A stretch of 32,000 nucleotides of DNA, from NCBI RefSeq assembly GCF_003010495.1, contig NZ_CP027570.1, positions 60,001 through 92,000 on the forward strand. Direction: 5' to 3'. The notes below the pieces were generated by a model. That model saw only the letters and a list, made by a program, of their open reading frames with translations. It searched no databases and had not been told where the DNA came from. The stretch comes from Megasphaera elsdenii DSM 20460. Lineage in GTDB: Bacteria > Bacillota > Negativicutes > Veillonellales > Megasphaeraceae. The translations under genes and the position numbers were made by a program. Positions 8,108 through 16,552 of the stretch are shown one piece after another. The stretch's first letter is position 1; every line of letters begins with the position of its first letter.

Positions 8108-8431
8108 CTACTTGGATAACTTCAGGAAATCCGGGTCCTTTTCGGCCATGCGCGTGAGGATTTTCTCATAGCCGCCGCTGCCGTAGACCAGGCAGCGCTT
8201 GATGCGGCTGATCGTCGCCGTGCTGGCACCGGTCTTCCGGACGATGTCTTCATAGATATCGCCGGCCTTGAGCATGCGGGCCACTTCCAGGCGGGCCGAA
8301 ATGGCCTTCATTTCCTGAATGGTACAAAGGTCTTCAAAAAATTCATAACATTCGTCGACACTTTTCAATTCCAAAATAGCACGAAACAGCTGATCGTGCA
8401 AATGATCTCGCAATTTTTCATTCACTGCCAT
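8108..8431 (-). CDS. yerC: YerC/YecD family TrpR-like DNA-binding protein
   Basis: MAVNEKLRDHLHDQLFRAILELKSVDECYEFFEDLCTIQEMKAISARLEVARMLKAGDIYEDIVRKTGASTATISRIKRCL is a characteristic YerC/YecD pattern. The start is ATG 8431 with an AGAGGGA RBS. The ORF-track extension to 8527 runs through the promoter. Confidence 0.85.
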   Translation of the reverse strand: MAVNEKLRDHLHDQLFRAILELKSVDECYEFFEDLCTIQEMKAISARLEVARMLKAGDIYEDIVRKTGASTATISRIKRCLVYGSGGYEKILTRMAEKDPDFLKLSK

Positions 8432-8483
8432 GACAATCCCTCTTTCTATGACCATTTCCTTTAGTTCGTTAAACACTAAAAAT

Positions 8484-8512
8484 ATTATACGGCATGACCA
8501 GGAATCTGTCGA
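8484..8512 (-). promoter_or_regulatory. Sigma-A type promoter for yerC-like gene
   Basis: The minus strand has TCGACA, a 17-nt spacer and TATAAT. Confidence 0.55.
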
Positions 8513-8566
8513 GGGCGTCTCTATCATTCATCCCAAATCATCCAAATACCCACCGGGATGTCTACA

Positions 8567-8634
8567 GGATTCGCGCGGGCTCGCCACATGCGAGCCCCTA
8601 CAGCCGCCTGCGGCTAACTGCGGCGCTGCAGGCG
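8567..8634 (+). repeat. GC-rich hairpin repeat unit (variant with compensatory stem) plus a second GC hairpin, just downstream of the polC stop
   Basis: GGATTCGCGCGGGCTCGC-CACAT-GCGAGCCCCTACA has the same architecture as the units at 5645 and 13807. Its stem is GGGCTCGC/GCGAGCCC instead of GGGCCG/CGGCCC. Confidence 0.7.
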
Positions 8635-8635
8635 T

Positions 8636-11600
8636 CTACATGGCAAAGAGGTCGATCTGTTCATCTTCGGGAAGATCGCCCAGGCAGCCTTCCTGGCTCA
8701 TGACGTCGACCAGGGACTGGGACACTTTGCCGCGCATCTTGAGGTCGGCCTTGGAACTGAACGGCGCCTGCTCGCGGGCCGATACGATCTGTTCGGCTAC
8801 GTTGGCGCCCAGGCCGTCGATGGCCGTAAAGGGCGGCAGGATCTTGCCGTCGCAGATGGTGAACTTCGTCGCCGCCGAGCGGTTGATATCGACGTTCATG
8901 AAGGAAAAACCGCGCAGGCTCATTTCCTTGGCCAGTTCCAGCGCCGAATAGAGGTCCTGCTCGATCTTCGATGCGCTCTTGCCCTTGGCGGCGATTTCCT
9001 TCATGGCCCGTTCCTGCCCTTCCAGGCCGTGGATCATAGCCGACAGCTTGAAGGCCTTGGCGCGAATCGTGAAGAAAGCGCAGTAGTAGGCCAACGGCTG
9101 GTTGATCTTATACCAGGCGATGCGGAAAGCCATCATGACGTAGGCCACGGCGTGGGCCCTCGGGAAGAGGTAGCCGATCTTATGGCACGAGTCGATGAAC
9201 CACTGCGGGATATGGCCGGCTTTCAGCTCCCCTTCGTAGTCCGTCGTCTTCTGGCCCAATTTATTGAGCTTGTCGATGCCCTTGCCCTTACGGACATTTT
9301 CCATGACCTTGAAACTCGTCTTGGGCTTGATGCCGTGCTGGATGAGATAGTTCATGATGTCGTCACGCGTCGAGACGGCTTCCTTCAGGGGAACCGTGCC
9401 CGACGTAATCAGGTCCTGGGCATTGTTCAGCCAGACGTCGGTGCCGTGGGAGAAACCGGAAATGCGGACCAATTCAGAAAAGGTCTTGGGCTTGGTGTCG
9501 ACGAGCATCTGGCGGACGAAAGACGTGCCAAATTCCGGGATGCCCAGGCTGCCGACTTTCGAGCCCAGCTCTTCCGGCGTCACGCCCAGGGCCTTGGTCG
9601 AACTGAACAGGCTCAAGGTGGCCGGGTCATCAAAGGGAATGGTCGTCGCCTTGATGCCGGTCATATCTTCGAGCATACGGATGACCGTCGGATCATCATG
9701 GCCGAGGATGTCGAGCTTGACCAGACGGCCTTCGATGGAGTGATAATCGAAATGGGTCGTAATGATGCCGCTGTCCTTCTTGTTGGCCGGGTACTGGACG
9801 GGCGTGAAATGATGGACGTCCATATCGCGGGGAATGACCATGACGCCGCCCGGATGCTGGCCTGTCGTATTCTTGATGCCCGTGCAACCGGCGACGAGGC
9901 TGTTGACGTAAGCGTCATTGACCTTGATGCCCTTGGCTTCGGCCCACTTCATGACATAGCCATAGGCCGTCTTGTCCTTCACAGCACCGATAGTCCCGGC
10001 GCGGAAAACGTTGTCCTTGCCGAACAGTTCTTCTGTATACTTATGGGCTTTCGGATGGTATTCGCCAGAGAAATTGAGGTCGATATCAGGGACCTTGTCG
10101 CCGTCGAAGCCCAAGAAGATAGCGAAAGGAATATTATGGCCGTTCTTATGAAGTGGCGTACCGCACTGTGGGCAGACCTTGTCCGGCAAGTCGAAACCGC
10201 CGCCCACTTCGCCGTGCGTAAAGAATTCGCTCCACTGGCATTTCGGGCAGACATAATGAGGCGGCAAAGGATTGACTTCGGTAATATCCGACATGGTCGC
10301 CACGAAGGACGAGCCGACAGACCCACGGGAGCCGACGAGGTAGCCGTCATCGTTGGAGTGCTTGACCAGCTTGTGTGCAATGTAATAGAGGACGCCGAAA
10401 CCATGGCCTAAAATGGACGTAAATTCTTCTTCCAGCCGGTCTTCGACGATTTTCGGCAGCGGGTCGCCGTAAATTTCATGAGCCTTTTTATAACACATGT
10501 TCTTCAGCGCTTCCGATGACCCGGCGATTTGCGGGAAATAGAGCGTTTCCTTCGGTACCGGCCGGCAGTCGGCAATCATATCGTTGATCTTATTGGGGTT
10601 GGTAATGACCACTTCCCGCGCCCGTTCTTCGCCGAGATAGGCAAATTCCGCCAGCATCTCGTCTGTCGTGCGCAGGTACAGATCCGGCTGAAATTCGGCA
10701 TCCTTGAAGCCCTTGCCGGTCATGAGGATTTCCCGGTAAATCTTGTCTTCCGGGTTCATGAAATGAGCATCACACGTGGCGACAGTCAATTTCCCCAAAT
10801 CATCGCCGAGCTTGAGAATCGTCCGGTTGATGTCGCGCAGGCCTTCTTCATCGGCGACGAAGCCTTCGCGGACGAGGAAGCCGTTGTTGGTGAGGGGCTG
10901 GATTTCCAGATAATCGTAGAACGACGCGATTTTCTTCAGCTCTTCATAAGGCAGCTTCTTCTGGACCATGGACCGCACCAGTTCGCCGGCTTCACAAGCC
11001 GAACCCAGGATGAGGCCTTCGCGGTATTCCGACAGGACCGCCCGGGGGATGCGCGGCCGGCCGCGGTAGATATATTTCAGATGGGAAATGCTGACCAGTT
11101 TATAGAGATTGCGGATGCCGATCTGGTTCTTGGCCAGGATGATGATGTGGTACGACTGGTCGATCTTATCGTCAAAGAGATAGCCTTCCATGCCGTAAAT
11201 GACCTTGACGTTGTTGGTCTTATCCGTCGAAATTTCCTGGAGCAGCGGGAACGACTGGACGACGCCGTGGTCGGTGACGGCGACGGCCGGATGGCCCCAC
11301 TTCTTGATAGTCTTGATGAGCTGCTTGACCGTGATCAGGGCGTCCATGTCGCTCATGACCGTATGCAGGTGGAGTTCGACGCGCGGCGTCGGATTGTGGT
11401 CTTCCCGTTCCACCGTGCCGCCGTCGGCTTCCATCATGTCGTAGGCCATGAGGACGTAGTCGTTCTGGTAATTATCATACTGGATATTGCCGTGGACCCG
11501 GACATAGACGCCGGGCTTGAGCTTCTTGACCAGGTTGTCGTATTCTTCCGGCGTCAGCGTATTCTTGCGGCGGTACTTGCCGCCACCGCCCTGATTGCTG

Positions 11601-12274
11601 ACGTCGAGGAACTTCTTGGCCGAAATACCGTTGGTGCTGTCGGCCATCTGGAAGGTCAGGAGGGTACGTTTCGACTTGAGCTCGCGGAACTCGACCTTGA
11701 CGACCTTGCCCTTGAGGATGACGTCGTTCTGTTCCTCGCCGAGGACGTCGTTGATGGAGACGGCATCGCCGCCAAAGGCCCGGCCCATCCAGACCCGGCT
11801 GTCACTGCCAGTCTTGGTGCCGCTGCCCTTGCTGCCCTTCTTGGCGCTGCTGTCGCCGCTCTGGGACGCCGACTGGCAGGCCTTCTTGTAATCGGCATCG
11901 TCGTACAATTCATCGTCGACGTCGTAAATGGCATCATAGCAGTCTTCGTGGGGAATCCCGTAGCCTTCCATATCGTCAGTGGAAATATCGGCGACCTGAC
12001 GCAGCGGGTCGTTGTCGGGTACGGCCAGGGACATGTCGCCGCCGTGGAAAACAGACGTCACGCGGTGTTCGACAGATACCGTCCCATCCAGGCCCAATTT
12101 GCGGCAGACCCGGTCGCGGAGCAGGTCCATGTCGCCGATAGCATAAGGCGACTCGGTCTTGACATGCCAGGCATGGCCGGCCAGATCCGCCGCAATCGAA
12201 GCGATGGTCACGGAACGCCCGCCATCGGCGGGAATCAAAATATCATTTTTAGGAACAATATGCCAGACTTTCAT
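8636..12274 (-). CDS. polC: DNA polymerase III alpha subunit, PolC type, lacking the internal 3'-5' exonuclease domain
   Basis: The OB fold is N-terminal to the PHP domain (VILKGKVVKVEFRELKSKRTLLTFQMADSTNGISAKKF). PHP motifs are present (RVELHLHTVMSDMDA, HPAVAVTDHGVVQSFP). The PolC zinc module is present (YVCPKCQWSEFF...CPQCGTPLHKNGHNIPFAIFLGFDGDKVPDIDLNFSGEY). The protein is 1212 aa, against about 1430 aa for classical PolC. Confidence 0.93.
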   Translation of the reverse strand: MKVWHIVPKNDILIPADGGRSVTIASIAADLAGHAWHVKTESPYAIGDMDLLRDRVCRKLGLDGTVSVEHRVTSVFHGGDMSLAVPDNDPLRQVADISTDDMEGYGIPHEDCYDAIYDVDDELYDDADYKKACQSASQSGDSSAKKGSKGSGTKTGSDSRVWMGRAFGGDAVSINDVLGEEQNDVILKGKVVKVEFRELKSKRTLLTFQMADSTNGISAKKFLDVSNQGGGGKYRRKNTLTPEEYDNLVKKLKPGVYVRVHGNIQYDNYQNDYVLMAYDMMEADGGTVEREDHNPTPRVELHLHTVMSDMDALITVKQLIKTIKKWGHPAVAVTDHGVVQSFPLLQEISTDKTNNVKVIYGMEGYLFDDKIDQSYHIIILAKNQIGIRNLYKLVSISHLKYIYRGRPRIPRAVLSEYREGLILGSACEAGELVRSMVQKKLPYEELKKIASFYDYLEIQPLTNNGFLVREGFVADEEGLRDINRTILKLGDDLGKLTVATCDAHFMNPEDKIYREILMTGKGFKDAEFQPDLYLRTTDEMLAEFAYLGEERAREVVITNPNKINDMIADCRPVPKETLYFPQIAGSSEALKNMCYKKAHEIYGDPLPKIVEDRLEEEFTSILGHGFGVLYYIAHKLVKHSNDDGYLVGSRGSVGSSFVATMSDITEVNPLPPHYVCPKCQWSEFFTHGEVGGGFDLPDKVCPQCGTPLHKNGHNIPFAIFLGFDGDKVPDIDLNFSGEYHPKAHKYTEELFGKDNVFRAGTIGAVKDKTAYGYVMKWAEAKGIKVNDAYVNSLVAGCTGIKNTTGQHPGGVMVIPRDMDVHHFTPVQYPANKKDSGIITTHFDYHSIEGRLVKLDILGHDDPTVIRMLEDMTGIKATTIPFDDPATLSLFSSTKALGVTPEELGSKVGSLGIPEFGTSFVRQMLVDTKPKTFSELVRISGFSHGTDVWLNNAQDLITSGTVPLKEAVSTRDDIMNYLIQHGIKPKTSFKVMENVRKGKGIDKLNKLGQKTTDYEGELKAGHIPQWFIDSCHKIGYLFPRAHAVAYVMMAFRIAWYKINQPLAYYCAFFTIRAKAFKLSAMIHGLEGQERAMKEIAAKGKSASKIEQDLYSALELAKEMSLRGFSFMNVDINRSAATKFTICDGKILPPFTAIDGLGANVAEQIVSAREQAPFSSKADLKMRGKVSQSLVDVMSQEGCLGDLPEDEQIDLFAM

Positions 12275-12275
12275 A

Positions 12276-12480
12276 TATTTTCCTTTCTATGTCAACTACT
12301 CCCGACTAAAGTCGGGAGCTTGTAGGTCGGAACTGCATAGGTACTAACGGCATCAAAAGATGTCTTCCTAAATCCGCCTACATCATCGGGTGGCTGACAA
12401 CACCCGCTTTGCTAAGGAGTTTACTCCGAAGCAGTTGTTATTCTTTCATAATGAGGATGGTTATCTCCGGAAATCCACAT
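12276..12480 (-). ncRNA. Predicted omega RNA (reRNA) of TnpB: scaffold from the tnpB 3' end through the right-end hairpin, guide in the flanking DNA
   Basis: By analogy with characterised TnpB systems, the RNA overlaps the tnpB 3' end and the right end of the element. Several stem-loops are visible here, for example GGTGTTGTCAGCCACC and the right-end hairpin. The boundaries are not determined. Confidence 0.4.
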
Positions 12481-13647
12481 AGTTCCGAGGAGTTGGATAT
12501 TCATAGCTCCGATACGGTCATCGTTAGATCTGTAACCACACTGACAACGATATAAGTGTTTGTGATGGTCACGGTTTTCTTTGTGGATAGTACCGCATTT
12601 GGGACAACGTTGAGAGGTATACTGAGCAGATACCATCAGAACTTCGGAACGATTTTCATGAGCCTTATAGGTCAAGAATTGCTCCAACTGATAGAACGCC
12701 CAGCTGCGCAGGTCGTAATTTTGTTTAGCCGTTTTTGAAAGATGGGACTCTTCGAAGCTAACACCGGTCAAATCTTCAAGCACAAACAGCGTATCTTTGC
12801 CGTATTTTTCAACGAGTGTCTTAGAAATCCGATGGTTTACATCAGACATCCAACGGTTCTCTCGTCCTGAAATGGCCTTGAGTCTATGCTTTGCTGATTT
12901 TGTGCCTTTAGACTGGAGCTGGCGGCGGACTTCCTGAAATTTATGGCGTTTAGTAGCCATCTTCTTACCAGAGACGAATTCAGTTTTGCCCTGTTCGTCG
13001 TAACTAACAGTAAGAAAACGTAATCCACGGTCAATACCGACAACGTGACGGACGTTTTCTTTCTGAAAATCTTCGACAGCTTGGGTTACGGGAATATGGA
13101 GATACCATAAACCTTTGAGTTCGACCAGTTTTGCTGTTCCAAGGTCATAAGCGCCATCAAGATATTCCGCAAAATGCTTGCCCTCAAAGGCGCATTTAGT
13201 TCTTTTCCCGAGCGTATTGATGGACAGAACCTGTCCGCTATCAACGAAGCTATAATCACGATTGCGAACCAAGTCCGCTTGTGGGCGGCTAAAGAACACA
13301 GGCTTCCAAAGCCATTCCCATGTCTTGGCGATGCGTTTCCAGTTGCCATTCTCATCCTTATATCTGTAAGGATTTTGGAAGAGCTGTTGTTTTACCGTCT
13401 TATATCTGGCAATCGTCGTCTTGATAGAAGACTGGGCCAGCTGCGATTTCAGACCGAACTGGCTGCGCAGGTCACTGTACAGCTCTCTGTTGAGACTTTG
13501 GTAGGTCATGTTAAATCGGTGGTCGAAGATGTACTGCGACACGAAGTTACAAGCCTGACGGTATTGTTCCGTCATCTGACGGAACAGCGTCTCTTGTTCG
13601 GGAGTAACGTGTATACGAAGTTTTATCGTTTTAGTTAGGCTAGACAT
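12421..13647 (-). CDS. tnpB: IS200/IS605-family RNA-guided endonuclease TnpB (OrfB), apparently intact
   Basis: RuvC-like motifs are present: VVGIDRG, FVLEDL and SNDDRIGAMNI. The zinc finger is CPKCG...CQCG. The N-terminus KLRIHVTPEQETLFRQMTEQYRQACNFVS is typical of OrfB/TnpB. Confidence 0.9.
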   Translation of the reverse strand: MSSLTKTIKLRIHVTPEQETLFRQMTEQYRQACNFVSQYIFDHRFNMTYQSLNRELYSDLRSQFGLKSQLAQSSIKTTIARYKTVKQQLFQNPYRYKDENGNWKRIAKTWEWLWKPVFFSRPQADLVRNRDYSFVDSGQVLSINTLGKRTKCAFEGKHFAEYLDGAYDLGTAKLVELKGLWYLHIPVTQAVEDFQKENVRHVVGIDRGLRFLTVSYDEQGKTEFVSGKKMATKRHKFQEVRRQLQSKGTKSAKHRLKAISGRENRWMSDVNHRISKTLVEKYGKDTLFVLEDLTGVSFEESHLSKTAKQNYDLRSWAFYQLEQFLTYKAHENRSEVLMVSAQYTSQRCPKCGTIHKENRDHHKHLYRCQCGYRSNDDRIGAMNIQLLGTMWISGDNHPHYERITTASE

Positions 13648-13691
13648 TTTTTCACCTGCCTTTCTAAAATCTATACTACTTCATTAAAATT

Positions 13692-13700
13692 ATTATATCA
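13692..13700 (-). promoter_or_regulatory. Extended -10 promoter element (TGATATAAT) for tnpB
   Basis: The minus strand reads TGATATAAT about 45 nt upstream of the tnpB ATG. The RBS is AAAGGCAGGTGA. Confidence 0.45.
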
Positions 13701-13806
13701 TAATTTTTTTGCTAAAAGTCTATTATTTATTATTGAAAGGAGGGGAGGTGCGGCTCCTCTCATGACTAAAGTCACGAGTCTCCGCCGCACCATGAAGATG
13801 AATAGG

Positions 13807-13898
13807 GGATTCAGGCGGGCCGCCCTTTGGGACGGCCCCTACGAAGCGGTCTGCGGGCCGCCTTAGCAGGACGGTCCCTACGAAGGACGGCTCCTACA
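13807..13898 (+). repeat. Two and a half tandem GC-rich hairpin repeat units between the VanW-family gene and the IS left end
   Basis: The units are GGATTCAGGCGGGCCGCCCTTTGGGACGGCCCCTACGA (13807-13844), CTGCGGGCCGCCTTAGCAGGACGGTCCCTACGA (13851-13883) and the partial AGGACGGCTCCTACA. Confidence 0.8.
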
Positions 13899-13910
13899 TT
13901 AACCGATGAG

Positions 13911-15455
13911 TTATTCCTCATCGGCCGTATCGGCCGTATCGGCTGTATCGGCTGTATCGGCCGCCGGGACATTGAAGTCCATCATGTCGTGGGGCGCGTT
14001 GAGAAGCGGGTCCTGCGGTTCCAGGTCGGCCGTGCTGACGACTTCTTCGCTGTCGTCGCCGGGCGTGAGGATAATTTCATCATTCGGGTCGTAATGTGAC
14101 TCGATGGTATCGACATGGCGGTCGCCGTCGCTGTAAGCCACGGTCCGGCGGATAGTCACGTCGTGGCCGTCATAGCCTTCCTGCTTGCGCTTATCTTCGG
14201 TCACACTATCATCGTGCTTCTTGATGACCTTATGGGGCAGGTTCTGGAGATGCGTCGTTTCAAAGGACACACTGCACGTATCGGCGTGATTGCCCAGGAT
14301 GTACGTCGTCACCGTATTCTTGCCGGCCACCGTATAGACACAGACCGGGTGCTGGAAAGGATTGGTAAAGGAGAAGTCCAGGCCGTCATCGGCGACGGTC
14401 GCATCCATGCCGACGGGCACATACGCGGCCGGAGCGAAATGCGGTTCCCGGCTGGCAATGAACAGACCGGCCCGCAGTGCGGCATTGAACAAAGTCGTGC
14501 TGACCTGGCAGACACCGCCGCCGGTGGACTGTTCCAATTTATTCTCGAAATACGACGGCGCCGGCTTATAGCCCTTGTCCGCCGTCCGCGTGCCGACATA
14601 CTTATTGAAAGAGAAATCCTTCTGAGCCATGACGACGGCGTGGTTCAGGCGCTGCTGGGCCAGGCGGATGTTGACGTTGCGGTCGGGATTGGTATCGTCA
14701 AAATGCGTCGTATAGTACGACAAGACTGTGTCGATATCCTTGAGGTCATCGGCCTTGATGTCCGCCCCTTCCCGGCTGTCTACGGGAACGTCCAGGGTAT
14801 CCGTCTTGCCCGTATGCAGTTCATCGGTCACGGCGTCCTTCAGCTTACCCGTATTGATGACGATGCGGTCCTTGGCGTCTTCGATAGCAACAGTCTTCTG
14901 GTCATCCTTGACATAGGCATAGGCATTCTGCGGGTCCTTATCGTACTTGTCGTGGACATCGGACAAGACCTTATCCAATTTATCGTCGTCGACGGCAATG
15001 GCCAAAGGCACATCCTTGCCATGGCGGAGCGTCGTCACCACATCGGCCACGCGCTGCCAGGGCAGGCCCCGGCGGCCGACGAGATGCAATTCATCGTCGA
15101 TATAGGCCCGATCCAATTTAGCCCCCAGTTCATCGAGATCCAGCGTCACATCGACACCGTCCGTCGCCAGGCGCAGCTTCTTATCTTCTACATCCTTCTC
15201 ATGGAGATCCAGATAATTGGTAATATCATCGGGCGTCATATCGGCAATGGATTGGCCGTTGAGGGTCACCATCTGTTCCGCCTTGCTCTGGGCCGCAAAA
15301 AAGCCGCCGAACCCAATCACACACAAAGCGACAATCACAGCCGCCCGCTTCTTCCAGGACGGCCTTTCCTTTTCCGGAGGCAGCCCGTGCTTTTCCCGGT
15401 ACCGCCGGCGATATTCCTTCATCCGTTCTTTCCGTGCTCGTTCTTCGTCAGTCAC
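13911..15455 (-). CDS. VanW-family protein with an N-terminal membrane anchor
   Basis: The VanW core is FSFNKYVGTRTADKGYKPAPSYFENKLEQSTGGGVCQVSTTLFNAALRAGLFIASREPHF...GMDATV. One TM helix is present (AAVIVALCVIGFGGFFAA). The start is GTG 15455 with an AAAGGCAGG RBS. Confidence 0.85.
   Translation of the reverse strand: MTDEERARKERMKEYRRRYREKHGLPPEKERPSWKKRAAVIVALCVIGFGGFFAAQSKAEQMVTLNGQSIADMTPDDITNYLDLHEKDVEDKKLRLATDGVDVTLDLDELGAKLDRAYIDDELHLVGRRGLPWQRVADVVTTLRHGKDVPLAIAVDDDKLDKVLSDVHDKYDKDPQNAYAYVKDDQKTVAIEDAKDRIVINTGKLKDAVTDELHTGKTDTLDVPVDSREGADIKADDLKDIDTVLSYYTTHFDDTNPDRNVNIRLAQQRLNHAVVMAQKDFSFNKYVGTRTADKGYKPAPSYFENKLEQSTGGGVCQVSTTLFNAALRAGLFIASREPHFAPAAYVPVGMDATVADDGLDFSFTNPFQHPVCVYTVAGKNTVTTYILGNHADTCSVSFETTHLQNLPHKVIKKHDDSVTEDKRKQEGYDGHDVTIRRTVAYSDGDRHVDTIESHYDPNDEIILTPGDDSEEVVSTADLEPQDPLLNAPHDMMDFNVPAADTADTADTADTADEE
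13920..13964 (-). repeat. In-frame 9-bp tandem repeat (5 units) encoding (ADT)n at the VanW-family C-terminus
   Basis: The plus strand reads ATCGGCCGT, ATCGGCCGT, ATCGGCTGT, ATCGGCTGT, ATCGGCCGC. It translates to ADTADTADTADTADEE. Confidence 0.9.
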
Positions 15456-15498
15456 ATTCTAACCTGCCTTTACTCATTATATTCATTTTATAGCTCAC

Positions 15499-15537
15499 GC
15501 GGCATTAAAATGCCGCTTCGTAGGGGCCGTCCCTACC
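15499..15537 (-). repeat. Small hairpin (GCGGCAT-TAAA-ATGCCGC) plus a partial GC-rich repeat unit overlapping the holA stop codon
   Basis: TCGTAGGGGCCGTCCC lies at 15518-15533. The holA TAG is at 15533-15535. Confidence 0.6.
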
Positions 15538-16552
15538 TGCAATACAGGCAAATGAGAGGGCCTATATCCTCGGGCGATGCCATACCGCGGCGGATATGGA
15601 GCTGGAGCGTAAAAATTTGGCAAATACAACTTTCCAACTCTTCTATTTTCCAATAAGATGCCACTTTTTGCAAGTGGTATAAGACATATTTTACACTGCG
15701 GCCCTTATTGATGGTCTGCAAAATCTGTTCACACTGGTGCTGTCCGGCGTGGGCCCGGCGCAACTCCTTATAGGCCAGGAGCAGGCGCAGGCGCGACAAC
15801 ATATAGCCGGTATTCTTCAAAAACGCATCTTGCCGGCTGAAGAGGCCTTCCAAAAAAGGCAGGGTCTTGTCCCCATTGCGCCGCAAAAATTCATCCATAA
15901 AAGTGAACAAATTCTTTTCCATCGTCCCGGCAAAGAGGTCCTGCAAATCGGGCACATCAACAGTCTGCCGGCTATCGGGCACGGTAATACACAATTTCTC
16001 CAGCTCCGAAAAGACATAGAGCAGGGAAATATCGCCCCAGGTCTGGAACAGAGCCCGCAAATAGGCTACCGCCCGGCTGGTCAGGCGCTTGCCTTTCCCT
16101 TTTAGGTAGTCCGTCACATAGGGCATGACCGTCTTTTCCGTCACCGCTTCAGCAGCTACGACATCGGCCATGGGCTTCAAGGCCTTAAAAAAAGCACTGC
16201 CCGTATCCATCTTGCCCTTAGTATAAAACAAAAGGCTGTTCTCGTCACTGAGCCGCCGGGCTTCGTCCAGGAACCACTGCTCTTCCTTGGTGAGCTTACT
16301 CCGCGACCGGCCGCCGCGCTTGAGCGGCAGAAAGGGACAGTCATACCAAATCGTGACTGTCCCACTGCTAAAGAGACTCGCCCCCTGGAAGGATTCGACG
16401 ACTGTCGCCGCTACCGCATCCTTCTGGAAAGACTGGACCTCGGCCTCGCCGCCGGCCCGCTTATTAGCAGCCGCCAGGAAACGCCGGCGCCCGTCTTCCA
16501 TGACATAAGGTTCTGTCCCATAAATAATCATTATATGTTTCTTATATTCCAT
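15533..16552 (-). CDS. holA: DNA polymerase III delta subunit
   Basis: The protein is 339 aa with an N-terminal IIYGTEPYVMEDG clamp-loader delta-like pattern. Its position directly after comEC is conserved in Firmicutes. The RBS is GAGGAA. It overlaps the comEC end by 22 nt. Confidence 0.8.
   Translation of the reverse strand: MEYKKHIMIIYGTEPYVMEDGRRRFLAAANKRAGGEAEVQSFQKDAVAATVVESFQGASLFSSGTVTIWYDCPFLPLKRGGRSRSKLTKEEQWFLDEARRLSDENSLLFYTKGKMDTGSAFFKALKPMADVVAAEAVTEKTVMPYVTDYLKGKGKRLTSRAVAYLRALFQTWGDISLLYVFSELEKLCITVPDSRQTVDVPDLQDLFAGTMEKNLFTFMDEFLRRNGDKTLPFLEGLFSRQDAFLKNTGYMLSRLRLLLAYKELRRAHAGQHQCEQILQTINKGRSVKYVLYHLQKVASYWKIEELESCICQIFTLQLHIRRGMASPEDIGPLICLYCR

Larger units (their letters stand above)
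12290..13800 (-). mobile_element. IS200/IS605-family element carrying only tnpB (IS1341-like, non-autonomous); ends approximate
   Basis: Related subterminal hairpins lie at both ends. The right-end hairpin is CTCCCGACTAAAGTCGGGAG (12299-12318). The left-end hairpin is CTCATGACTAAAGTCACGAG (13759-13778), nested in a GGTGCGGC/GCCGCACC stem (13747-13791). No tnpA is present. Confidence 0.7.

Noticed and set aside
8432-8527. N-terminal extensions of the ORF-track calls (yerC 8432-8527; permease 24959-25066; tnpB 27840-27938)
   Set aside because: The extensions cover promoter, leader or tnpA-remnant sequence. Internal starts with proper RBS spacing give N-termini that match the respective families.
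9029-12325. 460-aa and 598-aa plus-strand ORFs (9029-10411 and 10529-12325)
   Set aside because: Both are antisense to polC, whose identity is unambiguous. Their composition is biased and they contain no motifs.
14115-15656. 513-aa plus-strand ORF
   Set aside because: It is antisense to the VanW-family gene and runs through the holA stop and intergenic repeats. It has no RBS or domain signal.
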